Below, piece by piece: positions 1-11,433 of a stretch of DNA of 64,000 nt; within the stretch, counting starts at the first letter, position 1; each line of letters starts with the position of its first letter. Under the pieces are notes generated by a model that worked only from the letters and a program-made list of their open reading frames with translations, ran no database searches and had not been told where the DNA came from. The DNA comes from Candidatus Omnitrophota bacterium. GTDB lineage: Bacteria > Omnitrophota > Gorgyraeia > Zapsychrales > Zapsychraceae. The DNA lies in NCBI GenBank assembly GCA_020429915.1, contig JAGQKV010000002.1:329552-393551 (forward strand), given 5' to 3'. Made by a program: the position numbers and the translations under genes.

Positions 1-204
1 ACTTTCCGTGCCGTAGTTAAGGTGATGATCCAATTCGAAGGCCTCGTGAGTCAGCTGTTCCTCGAACAGTGAGTGCATCACCACGGCGGCGATCCCCGCG
101 TCTTCAAGTTTCCTGAAGTTGCCCACATTTTCCGACAACGGAGAAGCGGACGCCACGAGCGGATTTTTTAATATCAGGCCCATATATCGTGTAGTGAAAT
201 CCAT
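1..204 (-). CDS. Dihydroorotate dehydrogenase-like protein, partial; the C-terminal part lies beyond the window start
   Basis: Minus-strand ATG at 204-202 preceded by AAGGA; the N-terminus [51 protein letters not shown] resembles the DHODH / dihydropyrimidine dehydrogenase family. It starts 25 nt after the PFOR stop, same strand. Not in the ORF track because it runs off the window edge. Confidence 0.5.
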   Translation of the reverse strand, partial: MDFTTRYMGLILKNPLVASASPLSENVGNFRKLEDAGIAAVVMHSLFEEQLTHEAFELDHHLNYGTES

Positions 205-229
205 GATCTGTGTCCTTCTTTCGCTAGAG

Positions 230-3200
230 TTAAACCTCGTTTTCCGGCGGATTACCGGCCGCGGCTATTTCATTGTACGCCTTCAGGCGCCGGTTGACGT
301 CCGCCTGGGCCTCGCGAATGAGCTCCCGGGAGATTTCCGGTTGACTCTTGAGCAGCATTTTGTAGCGGTTTTCTTTGTATGCGTAATCCCGGAAGGAGAT
401 CTTCGGTTCTCCCGAATCCAGGACCAACGGATTTTTGCCTTCGGTTTTGAGCGTCGGGTTGTAACGGAATAACGGCCAATGTCCCGAGAGTACCGCGTCC
501 TTCTGGTTCTGCATGCCCTGGCTCATGTTGATCCCGTGAGCGATGCAGTGACTGTACGCGATAATCAATGAAGGGCCAGGGTAGCGTTCCGCTTCGAGAA
601 AGGCCTTGACGGTGTGTTCGTCTTTGGCTCCGAGCGCGACATTGGCGACATAAACGTACTCGTAGGACATGGCGATGCGCGCCAGGTCCTTTTTAGGCAT
701 CGGTTTCCCGGCCGCGGCAAACTTGGCCACCGCCGCTCTCGGCGTGGATTTGGACATTTGACCGCCCGTGTTTGAATACACCTCCGTATCGAGCACCAGG
801 ATGTTGAGGTCTTCGCCTGAGGCCATCACGTGGTCCAGTCCGCCGAAGCCGATGTCATAGGCCCAACCGTCGCCGCCGACGATCCAGACACTTTTCTTAA
901 CGAGCATATCGGCCAGACTGAGCAGCTGTCTCGCCTCAGGGGAAGCATCGTCGCGAAGCTTCTCTTTGACGGCGGCCACTCGCTGGCGCTGTTCATATAT
1001 GTCGGCCTCCTCCACTTGTTTGGCCAGGAGGAGACCCTCCACGAGATCCGTCCCTAACCGGGACTCGAATCCCCTGAGGAGTTCTCCGGCAAACTCGCGC
1101 TGCTTATTGACGGACAATCGAAATCCGAGACCGAATTCCGCATTGTCTTCGAACAAGGAGTTGGACCAGGCCGGTCCGCGCCCATCGGCATTTTTGGTCC
1201 AGGGAGTCGTCGGCAGGTTGCCGCCGTAAATCGACGAACATCCCGTCGCGTTGGCGATCAAGGCCCGGTCACCGAACAGCTGCGACATGATCTTGATGTA
1301 GGGCGTCTCCCCGCATCCGGCGCAGGCACCGGAAAATTCGAACAAGGGTTCCAGTGCTTGAATCCCGCGAATGGAATTGTGCTTTACCTTGGCGCGGTCG
1401 ATCTCCGGCAGCTTTTGAAAGAGTTCCCAGTTGGCGACTTCCTGTTCGCGCAGCGGTGCCTGAGGTTCCATATTGATGGCTTTCAGACGTGTTTCCGACT
1501 TGTTCTTGACCGGGCAGACTTCCACGCAGATGGCGCAGCCGGTGCAGTCTTCCGGCGCCACCTGAATGGTGAAGTTGTGATCCTTCAGTTCCCGGTCGCG
1601 ACACTGCGTGGTCTTGAATGTATCGGGCGCGCCGTTGAGCGCCGCAGGCTCATAAATCTTGGTCCGGATGACGGAATGCGGACAGACGGCCACACACTTC
1701 CCGCACTGGATGCATATATCCGGATCCCAGACAGGAATTTCCTGGGCGATATTGCGGCGCTCCCATTTCGCGGTCCCCGTCGGATAAGTCCCGTCATCCG
1801 GCAGGCAGCTCACCGGCAGAAGGTCACCCTGACGGGCCATCATCTTGGCGGTCACTTCGCGGACGAATTCAGGCGCCTCGGCAGCGACAGCGGGTTGAAA
1901 CTCCCGGTCGCTGGTGACCTTGGCCGGAACGTCGATCTCAAACAGATTGGCTAGCGTATGATCGACCGCTTCGAAGTTTTTCTTTACGATCTCCTCGCCT
2001 TTTTTCCCGTAGGCCTTTTGGATCTGCTCCTTAATGGCGCCGATCGCCTCGTCCTTGGGCAAGATTCCAGAAATCGCGAAGAAACATGTCTGCATAATAG
2101 TGTTGATCCGGATGCCCATGCCGGTTTCACGGGCGATCCGGTAGGCATCGATGTTGTAGAACTTGAGTTTGCGGTCGATGATGATCTGCTGCACCGGTCG
2201 CGGAAGATGTTCCCACACGGCGTCTTTGGCATACGGGCTGTTCAGCAGGAACACTCCGCCTGTATCAATCTTTTCAAGTACATCGTACTTGTCGAGAAAA
2301 TTGTACTGATGACACCCCACAAAACTCGCCCGGCTGACCAGATACGTGCTGCGGATCGGATCCGGACCGAAACGCAGGTGGGAAATAGTCATCGATCCCG
2401 ATTTTTTGGAATCATAAACGAAATAACCTTGAGCGAAATTGTCGGTGCTTTCCCCGATGATTTTAATGGAATTCTTATTGGCTCCTACGGTCCCGTCAGA
2501 ACCGAGTCCGTAAAAGATTGCGCGCACGCCGCTGGCCCCTTCTATAGTGTAGTCGGGATCATACTCCAGGCTGGTATGTGTCACATCGTCATTGATGCCG
2601 ATGGTGAAGTGATTTTTGGATTTGTCCTTCTTGAGCTCATCAAAAATCGCCTTGATCATGCCCGGCGTGAATTCTTTGGAGGATAGTCCGTAGCGGCCGC
2701 CGATGATCTTGGGCGTGACGGCAAACCGGCCCGGATTCTCGAACACGGCGTTGACTACGTCCAGGTAGAGAGGCTCTCCGGCGCTTCCCGGTTCCTTGGT
2801 ACGGTCGAGCACCGCGATCGCCCGGGTGGAATCCGGCAGACTCGTGAGCAGATCGGTTACGGAAAACGGACGGTAAAGCCGGACTTTCAGGACGCCTACT
2901 TTTTCCCCGGCCGCCGCCAAATGATCGACCGTCTCGTGCGCCGCTTCCGCACCGGACCCCATGATGATGATTACACGCTCGGCGTCCGCCGGTCCGTGAT
3001 AGTCAAACAAACGGTACTGCCGTCCGGTCAGCTTGGCAAAACGGTCCATAGTTTCCTGGACGATGCGCGGAGCTACTTCGTAGTATTTGTTGACCGTTTC
3101 CCTGGCCTGAAAGTAGACGTCTGGATTCTGGGCGGTCCCACGCAGGACCGGGCGGTCGGGTGTCAGACCGCGGCTGCGATGCGCGAACACCCACTCATCG

Positions 3201-3787
3201 TCGATCATTTTACGCACGGTTTCATCATCGATGGTTTCTATCTTGTTAACTTCATGTGATGTTCGAAATCCGTCAAAAAAATGAATGAAGGGAATACGGG
3301 ATTCGAGTGTCGCTGCGTGCGCAATCAGGGCCATGTCGGTGACTTCCTGGAGACTGCCGGACGCGAGCATCGCCATCCCCGTGGCCCGCGCGGCCATCAC
3401 GTCGGAATGATCACCGAAAATCGACAGCGCTTGGGCGGCCAGTGAGCGGGCCGCCACATGGAAGACGGCCGGGGTCAATTCACCCGCGATCTTGTACATA
3501 TTCGGGATCATCAACAGCAACCCCTGAGAAGCCGTAAAGGTCGTCGTCAATGACCCCGTCTGCAGGGCCCCGTGGATCGCACCGGCGGCCCCGCCTTCGG
3601 ACTGCATCTCTTGCACCAGCGGTGTGGTACCCCAGATATTCTTACGGTGCTGCGCGGCCCATTCGTCCGCGAACTCCCCCATGGGTGAGGACGGCGTGAT
3701 CGGATAGATTGCGATCACCTCACTGAGACGGAAGGCTATCCGTGCCGCCGCTTCGTTTCCGTCGATCGTGGCGTATTGTTTGCTCAT
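230..3787 (-). CDS. por: Pyruvate:ferredoxin (flavodoxin) oxidoreductase, single-chain PFOR
   Basis: 1185 aa; N-terminus [46 protein letters not shown] is typical of NifJ/PFOR; two 4Fe-4S ferredoxin motifs ([24 protein letters not shown]); TPP-binding [16 protein letters not shown]. Confidence 0.95.
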   Translation of the reverse strand: MSKQYATIDGNEAAARIAFRLSEVIAIYPITPSSPMGEFADEWAAQHRKNIWGTTPLVQEMQSEGGAAGAIHGALQTGSLTTTFTASQGLLLMIPNMYKIAGELTPAVFHVAARSLAAQALSIFGDHSDVMAARATGMAMLASGSLQEVTDMALIAHAATLESRIPFIHFFDGFRTSHEVNKIETIDDETVRKMIDDEWVFAHRSRGLTPDRPVLRGTAQNPDVYFQARETVNKYYEVAPRIVQETMDRFAKLTGRQYRLFDYHGPADAERVIIIMGSGAEAAHETVDHLAAAGEKVGVLKVRLYRPFSVTDLLTSLPDSTRAIAVLDRTKEPGSAGEPLYLDVVNAVFENPGRFAVTPKIIGGRYGLSSKEFTPGMIKAIFDELKKDKSKNHFTIGINDDVTHTSLEYDPDYTIEGASGVRAIFYGLGSDGTVGANKNSIKIIGESTDNFAQGYFVYDSKKSGSMTISHLRFGPDPIRSTYLVSRASFVGCHQYNFLDKYDVLEKIDTGGVFLLNSPYAKDAVWEHLPRPVQQIIIDRKLKFYNIDAYRIARETGMGIRINTIMQTCFFAISGILPKDEAIGAIKEQIQKAYGKKGEEIVKKNFEAVDHTLANLFEIDVPAKVTSDREFQPAVAAEAPEFVREVTAKMMARQGDLLPVSCLPDDGTYPTGTAKWERRNIAQEIPVWDPDICIQCGKCVAVCPHSVIRTKIYEPAALNGAPDTFKTTQCRDRELKDHNFTIQVAPEDCTGCAICVEVCPVKNKSETRLKAINMEPQAPLREQEVANWELFQKLPEIDRAKVKHNSIRGIQALEPLFEFSGACAGCGETPYIKIMSQLFGDRALIANATGCSSIYGGNLPTTPWTKNADGRGPAWSNSLFEDNAEFGLGFRLSVNKQREFAGELLRGFESRLGTDLVEGLLLAKQVEEADIYEQRQRVAAVKEKLRDDASPEARQLLSLADMLVKKSVWIVGGDGWAYDIGFGGLDHVMASGEDLNILVLDTEVYSNTGGQMSKSTPRAAVAKFAAAGKPMPKKDLARIAMSYEYVYVANVALGAKDEHTVKAFLEAERYPGPSLIIAYSHCIAHGINMSQGMQNQKDAVLSGHWPLFRYNPTLKTEGKNPLVLDSGEPKISFRDYAYKENRYKMLLKSQPEISRELIREAQADVNRRLKAYNEIAAAGNPPENEV

Positions 3788-3805
3788 GTTACCCTCTTTC
3801 CTTAA

Positions 3806-4768
3806 TCAACTGATTTTCCAAAAGTCCTTTAATTTATCCTCAAGCTCGAACAGGCGATGGTCGAACTCATCCACCGCCTGAATCATTGAATCGGTCCGGT
3901 GTTCGCTGAATTTGAGCGGATCACCGTTAACTCCGTCCTTAAAATTATGAACACATTGCGAAAGATACGCGGTGTTGTAACCGCCCTCAAGTGCCGCAAA
4001 CATCTGCGGGAAAGCCAGACCGAGTTCACGGCCGAGATCATAGTAAGTGTCGGCGCTTAACCGCAAATTTAAAAGCGGGTCGGCGTGATGCGCATCGAAA
4101 CCGGCTGAAACGGCCAGGCTGTCCGGTGCAAATTGTTCGGCAATTTGCATAATCAGCTCCATTCCCTTCCAAAACAGATCGTCCCCGCTTTGAGGCGGTA
4201 ACGGAACATTCACGGTAAAACCGCGCCCACGGCCTTCGCCTATTTGGTCCGCCGTTCCGGTAAACGGAAACGCGGGGAATTGATGCAGCGAACAATAGAG
4301 CACCGTATCCCAGCGGTAAAAAATGTCCTCGGTCCCGTCTCCGCAGTGACCGTCAAAATCAAGGATCATCACCCGCTTGCCTTCCCGAACCAAAGCGGCG
4401 GTCGCAATCGCCACATTGTTAAACAGACAAAAACCGCTGGCCCGGGCGATGAACGCGTGATGCCCCGGCGGCCTGACCATGGCAAAACCGTTGGTACGCG
4501 AAGCCTTGACCGTCGCAGCCACGGCGGCCACGGCGACATCAAAGCTGCGGGGACTGACCAGGGTATCACCATCCAGCGGTCCGCCTCCTGTACGGCACGT
4601 CCTGCGGACATCGGCGATATAGTCCCCGGCATGCACAAGTTCCAAATACTCGCTCCCGTCCTCAAGCTCCGACTGCGGGATGCCCTTCAGGAAGTCTAAC
4701 CGTGCGACATTCTCCGGATGGGCTCCCGTATCATGACGTCGAAAAATATCGTTGTAAATGAACTCCAT
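3806..4768 (-). CDS. Histone deacetylase-family amidohydrolase (AcuC / acetoin-utilisation deacetylase-like)
   Basis: 320 aa; HDAC-family motifs: HPENVARL near the N-terminus, RPPGHHA, FDGHCGDGTEDIF, LEGGY. 18-nt gap to por downstream, 6-nt gap to the upstream gene. Confidence 0.85.
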   Translation of the reverse strand: MEFIYNDIFRRHDTGAHPENVARLDFLKGIPQSELEDGSEYLELVHAGDYIADVRRTCRTGGGPLDGDTLVSPRSFDVAVAAVAATVKASRTNGFAMVRPPGHHAFIARASGFCLFNNVAIATAALVREGKRVMILDFDGHCGDGTEDIFYRWDTVLYCSLHQFPAFPFTGTADQIGEGRGRGFTVNVPLPPQSGDDLFWKGMELIMQIAEQFAPDSLAVSAGFDAHHADPLLNLRLSADTYYDLGRELGLAFPQMFAALEGGYNTAYLSQCVHNFKDGVNGDPLKFSEHRTDSMIQAVDEFDHRLFELEDKLKDFWKIS

Positions 4769-4774
4769 AGCCGA

Positions 4775-6679
4775 TTAAGTCGCGTTATGCGTCTTCTGTC
4801 CGGGAAGGATCTCTTCGTTTTCCAGGTCAAGCTTGACATAGTAGCCGTCCACTTCGGAACTCGGCTTAACGGTAAAGTTATGATTCTTGAAAATTTTGAG
4901 CATCACGCCATTGGTTTGTGCGACATAGGCATAGAGTTGCCTGATACCGTGCTCGCGGGCCGCCTGAATCAGCATATCGCACAAAAAGTTTCCGATCCCG
5001 ATGCCCTGGAAGTCTTCCTTGACCACGATGCCGATTTCCGCCTCCGCCGACTCATCGTGACGGATGTAGCGTCCGATGCAGACCATTCTGCCGATCGGCA
5101 TCCAGTGATCGTAACCGGCGATGGCCATATCTTTATTGTAGTCGACACTCACTCGTGCGCCGGCCTCCATAAACGACAGAGACTCCACATTGGCCAGGTA
5201 GCGTTGATAAATCGTCTGCGGCCGATGACTGTAGAAGAAGTCCTGGATAGCCTTTTGGTCGAACGGCCGCAGCGGACGGAAGTAAATGTCTTTGTCCTGA
5301 AATTTAACGTGATGCGGAATCAGCTCTTTGACCTTGCTGTCGTCATCCTTGAGAATTTTTTGCTCCGGATAGATATAGTGTTTTTGCTTCAGGTAATCGA
5401 GCAGTTCCTCCCGAAAATCAGGATGGGCGATTTGGGCCAACGCCAGGGCCCGTTCCCGCACGTTTTTTCCATGCAAATAAGCAGTGCCGTACTCCGTGAC
5501 CACATAGTGCACATCCGCGCGTGAGGTAACCACCCCGGCTCCCGGTGACAGCTGCGGGACGATGCGTGACAGCGTCCCGTTCTTGGCAGTGGACGGCAGG
5601 GCAATAAAAGAGCGCCCCATCCGGGACCGCTTTGCCCCGCGGACAAAGTCAACCTGACCGCCGAAACCGCTGTAAAAGTTCGCTCCCAAGCTGTCCGCGC
5701 ACACCTGTCCGGTCAGGTCGATTTGAATCGCAGAATTGACCGAGACCATAGCGTTATTTTGAGCGATCACAAACGGATCGTTGGTGTACTCTGACGGGTA
5801 AAACTGAAAATCTTTATTGCGGTGGATTAAGTCGAAGATTCGCCTTGTCCCCAGGACAAAGCTGACAATGGATCGACCGCGGTTGATTCCCTTTTTGTTA
5901 TTCGTAATGTTCCCGTTGCGGTATAACTCGATGATCCCGTCCGAGACCATTTCGGAGTGGATCCCCAGATCGTTTTTCTCTTTAAGGTTGAGCAGCATCG
6001 CGTCGGGAATATTTCCGATCCCCAGCTGGAGCGTGTCCCCATCCTGAATGTACTTGGCCAGATGTTTGCCGATCCGCATCGACACATCATCCGGTTCGCC
6101 CTGCGGAAATTCGATGAGAGCCTCGTCAGCCTCGACCAGATAATCGATGCATTGCAGCGGGATCTTGGACACACCGTATGTTTCGGGCATATTACGATTA
6201 ACCTGGGCAATGACCAAATCCGCGCTGGCGATGGCCGCCGGCAGGATATCCACACTGACCCCCAGCGACACATAATTCCGGTTGTTCGGCGGAGAAACTT
6301 GAATGAGGACCGCGCTGAGCGGCATCTGTCCCGTTTTAAACAAATTGGGCACCTCGGAAAGGAAAATCGGCATATAATCCGCGTGCCCCTCGGCCACGGA
6401 CTGACGAATGTTGTGACCGATAAAAAAAGCGTTATGCCGAAAGTTCTTGGCATAACGCACGTCCGCGTATGGCGCGATTCCGACCGTAAGAATATGGACG
6501 ACTTCATTGTCGCGGAAACAATCGGCGTTTTGTATGAGGGCCCGTACCAGATGTTGCGGTTCGGCGCATCCCGATCCGATGAGGATGCGTCCGCCCTTAC
6601 GGATTTGACGAACGGCTTTGGCCGCGTCGACTAATCGTGTATTCTTTTTGGGATAAACATACGGTTCGTAAAGTAACAT
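4775..6679 (-). CDS. Bifunctional acetyl-CoA hydrolase/transferase family domain fused to a C-terminal GNAT N-acetyltransferase domain
   Basis: 634 aa; the first ~430 aa resemble acetyl-CoA hydrolase/transferase (Cat1/Ach1/ScpC-like) proteins; the last ~180 aa carry GNAT motif A (FQGIGIGNFLCDMLIQAAREHG); AGGAAA SD before the ATG at 6679. Confidence 0.8.
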   Translation of the reverse strand: MLLYEPYVYPKKNTRLVDAAKAVRQIRKGGRILIGSGCAEPQHLVRALIQNADCFRDNEVVHILTVGIAPYADVRYAKNFRHNAFFIGHNIRQSVAEGHADYMPIFLSEVPNLFKTGQMPLSAVLIQVSPPNNRNYVSLGVSVDILPAAIASADLVIAQVNRNMPETYGVSKIPLQCIDYLVEADEALIEFPQGEPDDVSMRIGKHLAKYIQDGDTLQLGIGNIPDAMLLNLKEKNDLGIHSEMVSDGIIELYRNGNITNNKKGINRGRSIVSFVLGTRRIFDLIHRNKDFQFYPSEYTNDPFVIAQNNAMVSVNSAIQIDLTGQVCADSLGANFYSGFGGQVDFVRGAKRSRMGRSFIALPSTAKNGTLSRIVPQLSPGAGVVTSRADVHYVVTEYGTAYLHGKNVRERALALAQIAHPDFREELLDYLKQKHYIYPEQKILKDDDSKVKELIPHHVKFQDKDIYFRPLRPFDQKAIQDFFYSHRPQTIYQRYLANVESLSFMEAGARVSVDYNKDMAIAGYDHWMPIGRMVCIGRYIRHDESAEAEIGIVVKEDFQGIGIGNFLCDMLIQAAREHGIRQLYAYVAQTNGVMLKIFKNHNFTVKPSSEVDGYYVKLDLENEEILPGQKTHNAT

Positions 6680-6694
6680 GTCTTTTCCTGTGGT

Positions 6695-7741
6695 TCAGCA
6701 TATTCGCGGCAATTGATCGGCGCTGAGCATATCGATGATCCGATCGTGACCGAGAGGATTTTTCAGTGTGACTAAATGATCCGGATCGTCCGCGCAATGC
6801 CCGATGACCGTAGCCGCGCTTCCGAGCGCAGTGGCCCGAAGAGCAGTGACCGCGGATGCCGCCTCCGCATTCGGAACAAAGGCGATGAAACGGCCTTCAT
6901 TGGCCACATAGAGCGGGTCCATTCCCAAAATCTCACAAGCTGCCCTGACGTCTTCACGCACCGGAATGGCGTCTTCACGCAGACGGATTCCCATATGGGC
7001 GGCTTCGGCAATTTCGTTGCAGGCGCTGGCCAGGCCGCCGCGCGTTAAATCGCGCAGACACCGGATTGTGATCCCGGCTTGTAAGAGCGCCCGAACACAT
7101 GCCCAGACCGGCGCCGAGTCCGAAGTAATATCACTTTCGAATGACAATCCTTCGCGGACCGCCATGATCGCCATGCCGTGCCGTCCGATATCCCCGCTGA
7201 GGATCACTGCATCTCCGGGACGGGGCGCGGCCGGACTGATGTGCTGATCGTGCTCGATCAAGCCGATGCCCGCGGTGTTGATATAAATGCCGTCGCCTTT
7301 CCCTTTATCCACGACCTTGGTGTCTCCGGTGACCACACTCACACCGGTCGCCGCTGCAGCCGCGGCGATCGATTCGGTAACGACTTCGAGATCCCTTATC
7401 GGAAAACCTTCCTCCAGGATAAGCCCCAAACTCAGATGCAAGGGGCGCGCGCCTGCCATGCACAAATCGTTGACCGTGCCGTGCACGGCCAGCTGTCCGA
7501 TATCGCCCCCCGGAAAAAAGATCGGATTGATCACATAGGAATCCGTGGTGAAAGCGATTTTCTGACCGTTCACAGGGATCACCGCCGCATCATGCAACGG
7601 TCCATCACGCTCGGGAGACAGACGCGGGATCAAGCGCTCGCGGATCAGCTGATTCATCAGCCGCCCGCCCCCGCCATGTCCCAGCAAAATTCGGTCCTGA
7701 TCGTGCAAAGGCCGTGGACAACTTATCTGAAATTCACTCAT
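6695..7741 (-). CDS. hypE: Hydrogenase maturation protein HypE (carbamoyl dehydratase)
   Basis: 348 aa; AIR-synthase-like fold motifs; the C-terminus ends with the characteristic PRIC. Confidence 0.95.
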   Translation of the reverse strand: MSEFQISCPRPLHDQDRILLGHGGGGRLMNQLIRERLIPRLSPERDGPLHDAAVIPVNGQKIAFTTDSYVINPIFFPGGDIGQLAVHGTVNDLCMAGARPLHLSLGLILEEGFPIRDLEVVTESIAAAAAATGVSVVTGDTKVVDKGKGDGIYINTAGIGLIEHDQHISPAAPRPGDAVILSGDIGRHGMAIMAVREGLSFESDITSDSAPVWACVRALLQAGITIRCLRDLTRGGLASACNEIAEAAHMGIRLREDAIPVREDVRAACEILGMDPLYVANEGRFIAFVPNAEAASAVTALRATALGSAATVIGHCADDPDHLVTLKNPLGHDRIIDMLSADQLPRIC

Positions 7742-7745
7742 CGAA

Positions 7746-8858
7746 TTAATTCTTGGCTGCCGGGGTCACGGACTTCCTTCCCCGGTAACGGTAATAGGCG
7801 GAGCATGCGCCCTCTGACGAAACCATGGTCGCCCCGAGCGGATGGTCGGGCGTGCAGGTCTTGCCAAAGGCCGGGCACTCCGGTGGTTTTTTCAGCCCCT
7901 GGAGGATTTCACCGCTGATACATTCGGGACTCTCCTCGGTCACGATGTCGCCCGTTTGGAATTTCGTCTCCGCGTCAAACGCGCGGAACGCCTCTCGCAA
8001 AGCCAAACCGCTGGCCGGAATTTCCCCCACACCGCGCCATTTACGCGGCGTCACGTTAAATACTTCGTTGATAATGCGCCGGGCATGCTCGTTACCCTCC
8101 CGGCGGACCGATCGTGCATATTGATTTTCCACTTCGGCGCGGCCCTCCTCAAGCTGACGGACGCACATGCAGATCCCCTGCAGGATGTCCAGCGGCTCAA
8201 AACCGGTCACTACGATCGGGACGCGGTATTTGTCGGCTAGCGGAAAATACTCTTCGAATCCCATCACCGTGCACACGTGTCCGGCCGCCAAGAATCCCTG
8301 GACCCGGTTGCGTTCGGAGGAAAGTATCGCCTCCATGGCCGGTGGAACCAGTACATGCGAAACGAGAATCGAGAAATTGGTGAGCCCCTGTTGTCGGGCC
8401 TGATAAACGGCCATGGCATTGGCCGGAGCCGTTGTTTCAAAGCCGACGGCAAAGAAGACAACCTCCTTGTCCGGATGACGCGCGGCCAGCCCGACCGCGT
8501 CCAGCGGGGAATACAGTACGCGCACATCGGCCCCTTCGGCCTTGACCGTAAACAAATCCTGACGGGAACCCGGCACACGCAACATATCCCCGAAGGAACA
8601 AAAAATAACATCCCGCCGCGCGGCAATGGCCAGCGCCCGGTCAATCAGCTCCAAGGGCGTCACGCAAACCGGACAACCCGGCCCGTGGATTAATTCGATA
8701 TCATCCGGCAACAATCCGTCGATACCGAACTTCACAATCGCGTGGGTTTGCCCCCCGCACACCTCCATCAGTGTATGCGGCCGCGTGGTGATGCGGTGTA
8801 TTTCGGCTGAGAGTTGTCGCGCCAATTCCGGATCGCGATACTCATCGATGTACTTCAT
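7746..8858 (-). CDS. hypD: Hydrogenase maturation protein HypD
   Basis: 370 aa; [17 protein letters not shown]-terminus, [22 protein letters not shown] motifs. Confidence 0.95.
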   Translation of the reverse strand: MKYIDEYRDPELARQLSAEIHRITTRPHTLMEVCGGQTHAIVKFGIDGLLPDDIELIHGPGCPVCVTPLELIDRALAIAARRDVIFCSFGDMLRVPGSRQDLFTVKAEGADVRVLYSPLDAVGLAARHPDKEVVFFAVGFETTAPANAMAVYQARQQGLTNFSILVSHVLVPPAMEAILSSERNRVQGFLAAGHVCTVMGFEEYFPLADKYRVPIVVTGFEPLDILQGICMCVRQLEEGRAEVENQYARSVRREGNEHARRIINEVFNVTPRKWRGVGEIPASGLALREAFRAFDAETKFQTGDIVTEESPECISGEILQGLKKPPECPAFGKTCTPDHPLGATMVSSEGACSAYYRYRGRKSVTPAAKN

Positions 8859-9112
8859 TCGTCGCTCTCCTCAATTTCGTCCAACTCCCCCATCTCCTTC
8901 AAATATGCGAAGACTGTTTGCGCTTCCTGTTCATCGACTTTACTGATAGCGAAACCGACGTGTACGATGACGTACTCGCCGACACACGCGTCCGGCACGT
9001 AAGCCAAACAGACCTCTTTCACAACGCCGCCGAAATTCACCCGACCCCTGACTTGCAAGGGATCTTCATTAGTGACAATTTCCTCAATCTTACCGGGTAT
9101 GGCTAAACACAT
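8855..9112 (-). CDS. hypC: Hydrogenase maturation chaperone HypC
   Basis: 85 aa; [13 protein letters not shown]-terminus with conserved Cys2; 4-nt overlap with hypD. Confidence 0.9.
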   Translation of the reverse strand: MCLAIPGKIEEIVTNEDPLQVRGRVNFGGVVKEVCLAYVPDACVGEYVIVHVGFAISKVDEQEAQTVFAYLKEMGELDEIEESDE

Positions 9113-9113
9113 G

Positions 9114-11408
9114 TCATATTTCCTGATGGGACGTTAACGGCAAAGTCGCCTTGGCCAACCGGCGCGAACCGGCTACCACGCATTGCCCCAGCGCGATGCC
9201 GCCGTCATTAGGCGGCACCAACTGCGGCCAATACACCTGATAATGCTGCTCCTGTAAACGATCAATGAGCCGTTCGGTGAGATACTTATTTTGAAAGCAC
9301 CCTCCGCTGAGGACCACGCGCTCCTCTCCAACCCGGTGGGCGACCCCGACGGCCATCTCCACCAGCGTGTTCTGAAAAGCCGTGGCGATGACTCCGGGCG
9401 CGCGCCCGGCGCGGAGATCTTCGATCATGGCACTTAACATGGGTCGCCAATCCACTTCACCATGCCCGATTCGGAACGGATAATGCTCCGGATGCGGGTG
9501 GTCATAGCCGGCAAACTCCAACCGTTGGGCGGCCTGGCCTTCATAATGATTTACGGTCGCCAGCCCGGTCAACGCGGACACAGCGTCAAAGAGGCGTCCG
9601 ACGCTGGAGGTTAAGGGAGCCGCGGTGCCGTTTTCCAGCAGGCGTAACATGTTCTTGAGGGCCGGACGGGTAAATGTCTGCAAGACGGACAAATCGTCAT
9701 AGGCTGCAAAATCTCTGCGGGCATAAGCCCACAACAGCCCCAATGCGGTGCGGCGTGGCTCGCGGACCGCCTGCTCGCCTCCCGGGAGCGGAAAAGTCCG
9801 CAGGTGATACACTCGGTGGTATCCTGTCTCGTCGCAGGTCATGAACTCCCCTCCCCACACCGTTCCGTCATCTCCCCAGCCGGTTCCGTCCCAGCAGATG
9901 CCGAGCACCCGTCCGCTGATTTTGTTTTCAGCCATGCAGGCCGCGATATGGGCATGGTGATGCTGAACGGGCTCGGGATCCGCCGACATGGTATGCGCCA
10001 GACGCGTGGTGAGATAATCGGGATGTTTATCGCATGCCAAAGGCGGTTCGGTCATACCATAGATACGTTGAAAATCATAAAGGACCGATTTATAAGTCTG
10101 CCAAGTCAGCGGATTCTCAAGGTCGCCGATATGTTGGCTGACAAACACATTGCGATCCTTCGCTACCGCGATCGTCGACTTGAGCTGACCGCCGCATCCG
10201 ACCATATCCGCGAGCGGATGGTCGACAGTGACCGGCAACGGCGCGTAGCCGCGCGCCCGGCGCAGGACCATGGGACGGCCGTGGATCATACGAACGATGG
10301 AGTCGTCGGCATGGCGGACAATCGGCCGGTCATGCACCAGCAAACAGTCACTGACATGGCTCAGACGTTCGAGCGCATCCATTTCGTCGATACAGATCGG
10401 TTCTTCCGCGATATTGGCACTGGTGGCGATCAGCGGCCGTCCCACACGCCGCATGATGAGATGATGCAACGGCGTGTATGGCAAAATGATTCCCCAAAAC
10501 GGATTCGCCGGCGCGACATTATCGGCCAGCAACGCCCCTTCCTTCTTCGGCAACAACACGATCGGGGCCTCTGGCGACATCAACAGATGACGTTCCTTTT
10601 GGGTGACGTAACTCAAGCGCTCAGCCCAGTCGATATCGGGGCACATCACGGCAAGCGGCTTTTGATCGTGCCCCTTCCGCTGGCGCAGACGCGCGACCGC
10701 ATCACTGTTGGCCGCATCGGCCATGAGGTGAAACCCGCTCAATCCCTTCACCATAACGATCTGCCCGGCAAAAAGACGGGCAACGGCTTCCTCAAGGGCC
10801 CGGGTACCTTCACAAAGAACTTCGCCGCAACAATTCCACAATGCCAGCTGCGGACCGCAGTTCGGACAGGCGTTGGGCTGCGCATGAAACCGGCGATTGG
10901 TCGGCTCCTCATACTCGGATTGACACTCCGGACACATCGTAAATCCACTCATCGATGTGTGCGGACGGTCATACGGCAGGCCGTAGATGATGCTATAGCG
11001 CGGTCCACAGTGCGTGCAATTGGTAAACGGGTACTCATAGCGGCGGTTGGAGGCATCCAACATCTCACTCAGACAATAGGGACACGTGGCCACGTCGGGC
11101 AGGATCAGGGCTGACGGTTCTCCGCCATCCGGGCTGGCACGGATCTCGAACCCCTCATACCCGAGCGGATCCAGGTAGGAATATTGCAGACTTTGAATGT
11201 ATGCATGCGGCGGCACGGCTGTCTGTAGCTGCCGCAGGAACCGTTCCAGCTGTTCGTCCGTCCCTTCGATTTCGATGGTTACTCCGGCAGAAGTGTTTTG
11301 GACATACCCGTTGAGATTCAGGGCACACGCATGGCGATAAACATAGGGGCGGAAACCCACCCCCTGCACCAGCCCCAAAATTTTTATACCGATCCGTTTA
11401 GTAGCCAT
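9114..11408 (-). CDS. hypF: [NiFe]-hydrogenase maturation carbamoyltransferase HypF
   Basis: Acylphosphatase domain (RIGIKILGLVQGVGFRPYV), two CxxC-x18-CxxC zinc fingers, YrdC and Kae1-like domains. The ORF track starts at a GTG at 11489; the ATG at 11408 (MATKRIGIK) is preferred because GGGAAATCGAGG precedes it and the acylphosphatase domain begins there. Confidence 0.93.
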   Translation of the reverse strand: MATKRIGIKILGLVQGVGFRPYVYRHACALNLNGYVQNTSAGVTIEIEGTDEQLERFLRQLQTAVPPHAYIQSLQYSYLDPLGYEGFEIRASPDGGEPSALILPDVATCPYCLSEMLDASNRRYEYPFTNCTHCGPRYSIIYGLPYDRPHTSMSGFTMCPECQSEYEEPTNRRFHAQPNACPNCGPQLALWNCCGEVLCEGTRALEEAVARLFAGQIVMVKGLSGFHLMADAANSDAVARLRQRKGHDQKPLAVMCPDIDWAERLSYVTQKERHLLMSPEAPIVLLPKKEGALLADNVAPANPFWGIILPYTPLHHLIMRRVGRPLIATSANIAEEPICIDEMDALERLSHVSDCLLVHDRPIVRHADDSIVRMIHGRPMVLRRARGYAPLPVTVDHPLADMVGCGGQLKSTIAVAKDRNVFVSQHIGDLENPLTWQTYKSVLYDFQRIYGMTEPPLACDKHPDYLTTRLAHTMSADPEPVQHHHAHIAACMAENKISGRVLGICWDGTGWGDDGTVWGGEFMTCDETGYHRVYHLRTFPLPGGEQAVREPRRTALGLLWAYARRDFAAYDDLSVLQTFTRPALKNMLRLLENGTAAPLTSSVGRLFDAVSALTGLATVNHYEGQAAQRLEFAGYDHPHPEHYPFRIGHGEVDWRPMLSAMIEDLRAGRAPGVIATAFQNTLVEMAVGVAHRVGEERVVLSGGCFQNKYLTERLIDRLQEQHYQVYWPQLVPPNDGGIALGQCVVAGSRRLAKATLPLTSHQEI

Positions 11409-11433
11409 GTCGACCTCGATTTCCCGGTCATCT

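Noticed and set aside
1050-1075. tRNA T-loop-like string gggactcgaatcccc
   Set aside because: It lies inside the PFOR coding sequence with no flanking acceptor/anticodon arm structure; chance match.
1358-2686. Plus-strand ORFs of 198 and 242 aa
   Set aside because: Antisense to the PFOR gene; no motifs; shadow ORFs.
9804-11114. 436-aa plus-strand ORF
   Set aside because: Entirely antisense to hypF, whose domain structure (acylphosphatase, Zn fingers, YrdC, Kae1) is unmistakable.
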